From Lingula anatina (taxonomy: Eukaryota; Animalia; Brachiopoda): a stretch of DNA of 64,000 nucleotides. A program made the position numbers and the translations under genes. The stretch covers positions 18,366,567 through 18,430,566 of the forward strand of contig CM120649.1 in NCBI GenBank assembly GCA_051362555.1, written 5' to 3'. Below, piece after piece: positions 63,446 to 64,000 of the stretch (positions within the stretch are counted from its first letter, which is position 1; every line of letters begins with the position of its first letter). The notes beneath the pieces were generated by a model. It worked only from the letters and a program-made list of their open reading frames with translations. It searched no databases and was not told the origin of the DNA.

Positions 63446-63719
63446 CCATTGAGGGTGCTTAATTCTTATTTACTGGTAAAGATAAGTAATATAATTAACT
63501 TACATTCAACAATATGACCTGCCTCCAACATCATCGTAATTGGGAAATAATTTTATACTATAACTTAACATGTTACGTGTTGAATGGCCATAAAACATTT
63601 CTTAGTTCAAAGTATTAAAATGAGTTTTACTCATTTCCACAAACCTTGAGATAGTTGTTCTACCTCCATTTTGTCTCTTGTATGATAAACTATGGATACA
63701 TCATATTCTATATCTTCAC
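25383..63719 (-). CDS. Multi-exon (TIR)8+ - ZU5 - UPA - Q/P-rich - death-like - CARD protein (5' end outside the window)
   Basis: 30 exons hand-spliced into one continuous frame of ~2,050 codons; intron phases agree at every junction; two TIR exon-C acceptors are non-canonical (see findings). Confidence 0.8.
26020..27546 (-). CDS. Large exon: Gln/Pro/Ser-rich region, RHIM-like motif and death-domain-like segment
   Basis: 1527-nt phase-0/0 exon (ttttcag...GTAACG|gtaagt); ends in QRYLPLGAKANLDRIFKIPGVWEAVVL...EELASLLMKI, reminiscent of Pelle/IRAK/MyD88-type death domains. Confidence 0.75.
28626..32500 (-). CDS. Three exons: last ZU5 strand + UPA-like domain
   Basis: Exons 32500-32350 (CTAALWNLCKYTT...LLRIVVHCIS), 29897-29679 and 28811-28626, canonical GT-AG and in frame; K.MLATAFG...LRIVVHC resembles the start of UPA domains that follow ZU5. 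Confidence 0.75.
30202..30538. mobile_element. TTAA-flanked MITE (Kolobok-like)
   Basis: Perfect TIR AGGGATAATAACTCTTCGT / ACGAAGAGTTATTATCCCT with TTAA on both sides. Confidence 0.75.
30651..32034 (+). mobile_element. HINE/Helentron-like non-autonomous element
   Basis: Same 5' end (ACTAGAGGATCAGAGAGGC..CGCCTCC..TGTACCACCA), ~2 core repeats and 3' end as 59062-61369. Confidence 0.7.
32887..33331 (-). CDS. ZU5 domain exon
   Basis: DYHGGYVHLKEVGVTLVVPGGSLPEG...SPIVVCGPHDLTFQKPVYLSFPHC is a typical ZU5 signature; phase-1 acceptor joins TIR unit 1 in frame; phase-2 donor at 32887. Confidence 0.92.
33508..34963 (-). CDS. TIR domain unit 1
   Basis: Exons 34963-34889, 34419-34281, 33704-33508: EDIEYDVSILYDRADEKEIEQLAQDLAGQGVTCMLLESDFLHGIRVKDMFDYALKQSRRILLYITAHYLRDPLLKGE...VIPVYGDIT...GFLKHLLMRIK (TIR box 1, BB loop, SRR, box 3). 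Confidence 0.88.
35226..35296. repeat. (TA)n microsatellite
   Basis: Direct observation; similar tracts at ~7488-7533, 12125-12160 (followed by TG), 23876-23920 and 63376-63438. Confidence 0.9.
35495..36723 (-). CDS. TIR domain unit 2
   Basis: Exons 36723-36649, 36345-36207, 35682-35495; in frame; exon C acceptor is a weak GAG. Confidence 0.8.
36951..38284 (+). mobile_element. HINE/Helentron-like non-autonomous element
   Basis: Highly similar to 59062-61369 at both ends, with only ~2 core repeats; 3' terminal inverted repeat truncated. Confidence 0.75.
38305..41558. mobile_element. Long-TIR (foldback) DNA transposon derivative, possibly Academ-like
   Basis: TAGTCC...GGACTA termini with extended imperfect inverted repeats built of ~300-bp units (CATGAAATTTGGCAC...CAAGATGGC); flanks reconstitute the empty intron site CAATAGTATATTTTCT with a GTA duplication (a 7-bp TAGTATA reading is also possible). 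Confidence 0.7.
41764..42992 (-). CDS. TIR domain unit 3
   Basis: Exons 42992-42918, 42592-42454, 41951-41764; in frame. Confidence 0.82.
43451..46252 (-). CDS. TIR domain unit 4
   Basis: Exons 46252-46178, 45873-45741 (6-nt in-frame deletion), 43638-43451. Confidence 0.82.
44108..45614. mobile_element. Unclassified insertion with imperfect ~23-bp TIRs and internal ~190-bp repeats
   Basis: Absent from the equivalent intron of other TIR units; ends AGACAAAATTAAAAAGGGACAGG / CCAGTCCCTTTGTTATTATGCCC; tandem repeats at ~44545-45040. Confidence 0.5.
46737..56052 (-). CDS. TIR domain unit 5
   Basis: Exons 56052-55978, 55456-55312 (+6 nt), 46927-46737 (+3 nt); in frame across an ~8-kb TE-filled intron. 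Confidence 0.78.
47253..52148 (-). mobile_element. Degenerate DIRS1-like tyrosine-recombinase retrotransposon
   Basis: Inverted terminal repeats plus internal complementary region (47662-47821) matching both termini; minus-strand relics of RT (LNRFMKYHKFEMDT, MISYVDDIYIL), methyltransferase-like (FAAWKPEPG, VVIPLWLTQAW) and YR (FKAHSTQAAAVSAA...KYYNKP), with many stops and frameshifts. Confidence 0.88.
51465..51675. repeat. ~42-bp minisatellite (~5 copies) inside the DIRS element
   Basis: Unit CTTCACTACTAGTAAACACAGACGTGTCGTCAGAGATTTACT-like. Confidence 0.8.
52151..55035. mobile_element. TTAA-flanked MITE containing two nested insertions
   Basis: Same termini as 15845-16493; interrupted by a TA-TSD element (52445-54203) and by a second copy of itself (54246-54886) at an internal TTAA. 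Confidence 0.78.
52445..54203. mobile_element. Non-autonomous TIR element with TA TSD
   Basis: Perfect TIR CGGTAAAGTCTTGAAAATTTCGTCG / CGACGAAATTTTCAAGACTTTACCG; TA duplicated in the host site GACTATGCAATG; homologous to 10971-12337. Confidence 0.8.
56464..57724 (-). CDS. TIR domain unit 6
   Basis: Exons 57724-57650, 57351-57213, 56651-56464; open frame, but the exon-C acceptor is TG rather than AG. Confidence 0.7.
58368..61915 (-). CDS. TIR domain unit 7
   Basis: Exons 61915-61847 (6-nt in-frame deletion), 61550-61412, 58555-58368; exon-C acceptor TG. Confidence 0.7.
59251..60415. repeat. 146-bp tandem array (~8 copies)
   Basis: GACCTATCTCTGCCAG recurs every 146 bp (59325, 59471, 59617, 59763, 59909 and onward). 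Confidence 0.92.
60416..60624. mobile_element. Palindromic MITE (~209 bp)
   Basis: TAGTCAGGCGGCTCAGTCCAAATTT...AAATTTGGACTGAGCCACCTGACTA; almost the whole element folds into one hairpin. Confidence 0.8.
62401..63719 (-). CDS. TIR domain unit 8 (5'-most in window)
   Basis: Exons 63719-63645, 63274-63136, 62588-62401; canonical GT-AG; sequence to 64000 matches the inter-unit intron, implying more units upstream. Confidence 0.85.
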
Positions 63720-64000
63720 CTAGAAATACACAAGTTATTTACTTATTATATTCATCTTATATACACACTTTGATTCACAGATGTAGCCAAGATCTCATTT
63801 GCTCTCGGAAGATAATTACAGAAGTCAACTGTGTCTAATTATTATGCCAGTTCCAATTCAAGATTCAAAAGACACCACAAAACAAGCTAAGTTTGACTTT
63901 TAAATCACAAAGTATTCAGAATATTTCAGTTATTAATTACTAGGCAGATATACCCACAGTACTTTTAAAAAATTTTTTTATCTCCTTCATAATATTTAAT

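Noticed and set aside
63769-63834. Conserved block upstream of each exon B that reads as a 66-nt phase 1-1 linker exon in unit 8 (DTVDFCNYLPRANEILATSVNQ)
   Set aside because: Frame or acceptor is broken in other units (e.g. 1 and 5), the following intron would be only ~49 nt, and exon C splices to exon B in frame without it; at most a relic exon.

Overview
AT-rich, intron-containing eukaryotic DNA, most likely a marine invertebrate judging from the repeat families (inference). The window is dominated by one large minus-strand innate-immunity-type gene that the ORF track only shows as fragments. Hand-splicing at GT-AG sites gives at least 8 tandem three-exon TIR domains (33.5-63.7 kb, probably continuing past the window edge), followed in frame by ZU5 + UPA-like (FIIND-like) exons, a Gln/Pro-rich region with an RHIM-like motif, a death-domain-like segment and a terminal CARD: about 2,050 codons in the window. 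All 24 TIR exons keep frame, while the BB-loop region is hypervariable and lacks the canonical Pro. A diverged but intact second copy of the UPA-Q-rich-DD-CARD exons lies downstream (12.5-16.9 kb) and begins exactly at the exon after ZU5, so it could be an alternative C-terminal cassette. The rest is transposon-derived: a very young Mag-type Ty3/Gypsy element whose 5' LTR carries an R-poly(A)-R insertion, a decayed DIRS1-like element with near-perfect ITR/ICR, Helentron-associated (HINE-like) elements with 146-bp arrays, and several nested non-autonomous DNA transposons. Domain names come from motif recognition by eye; no database searches were run.
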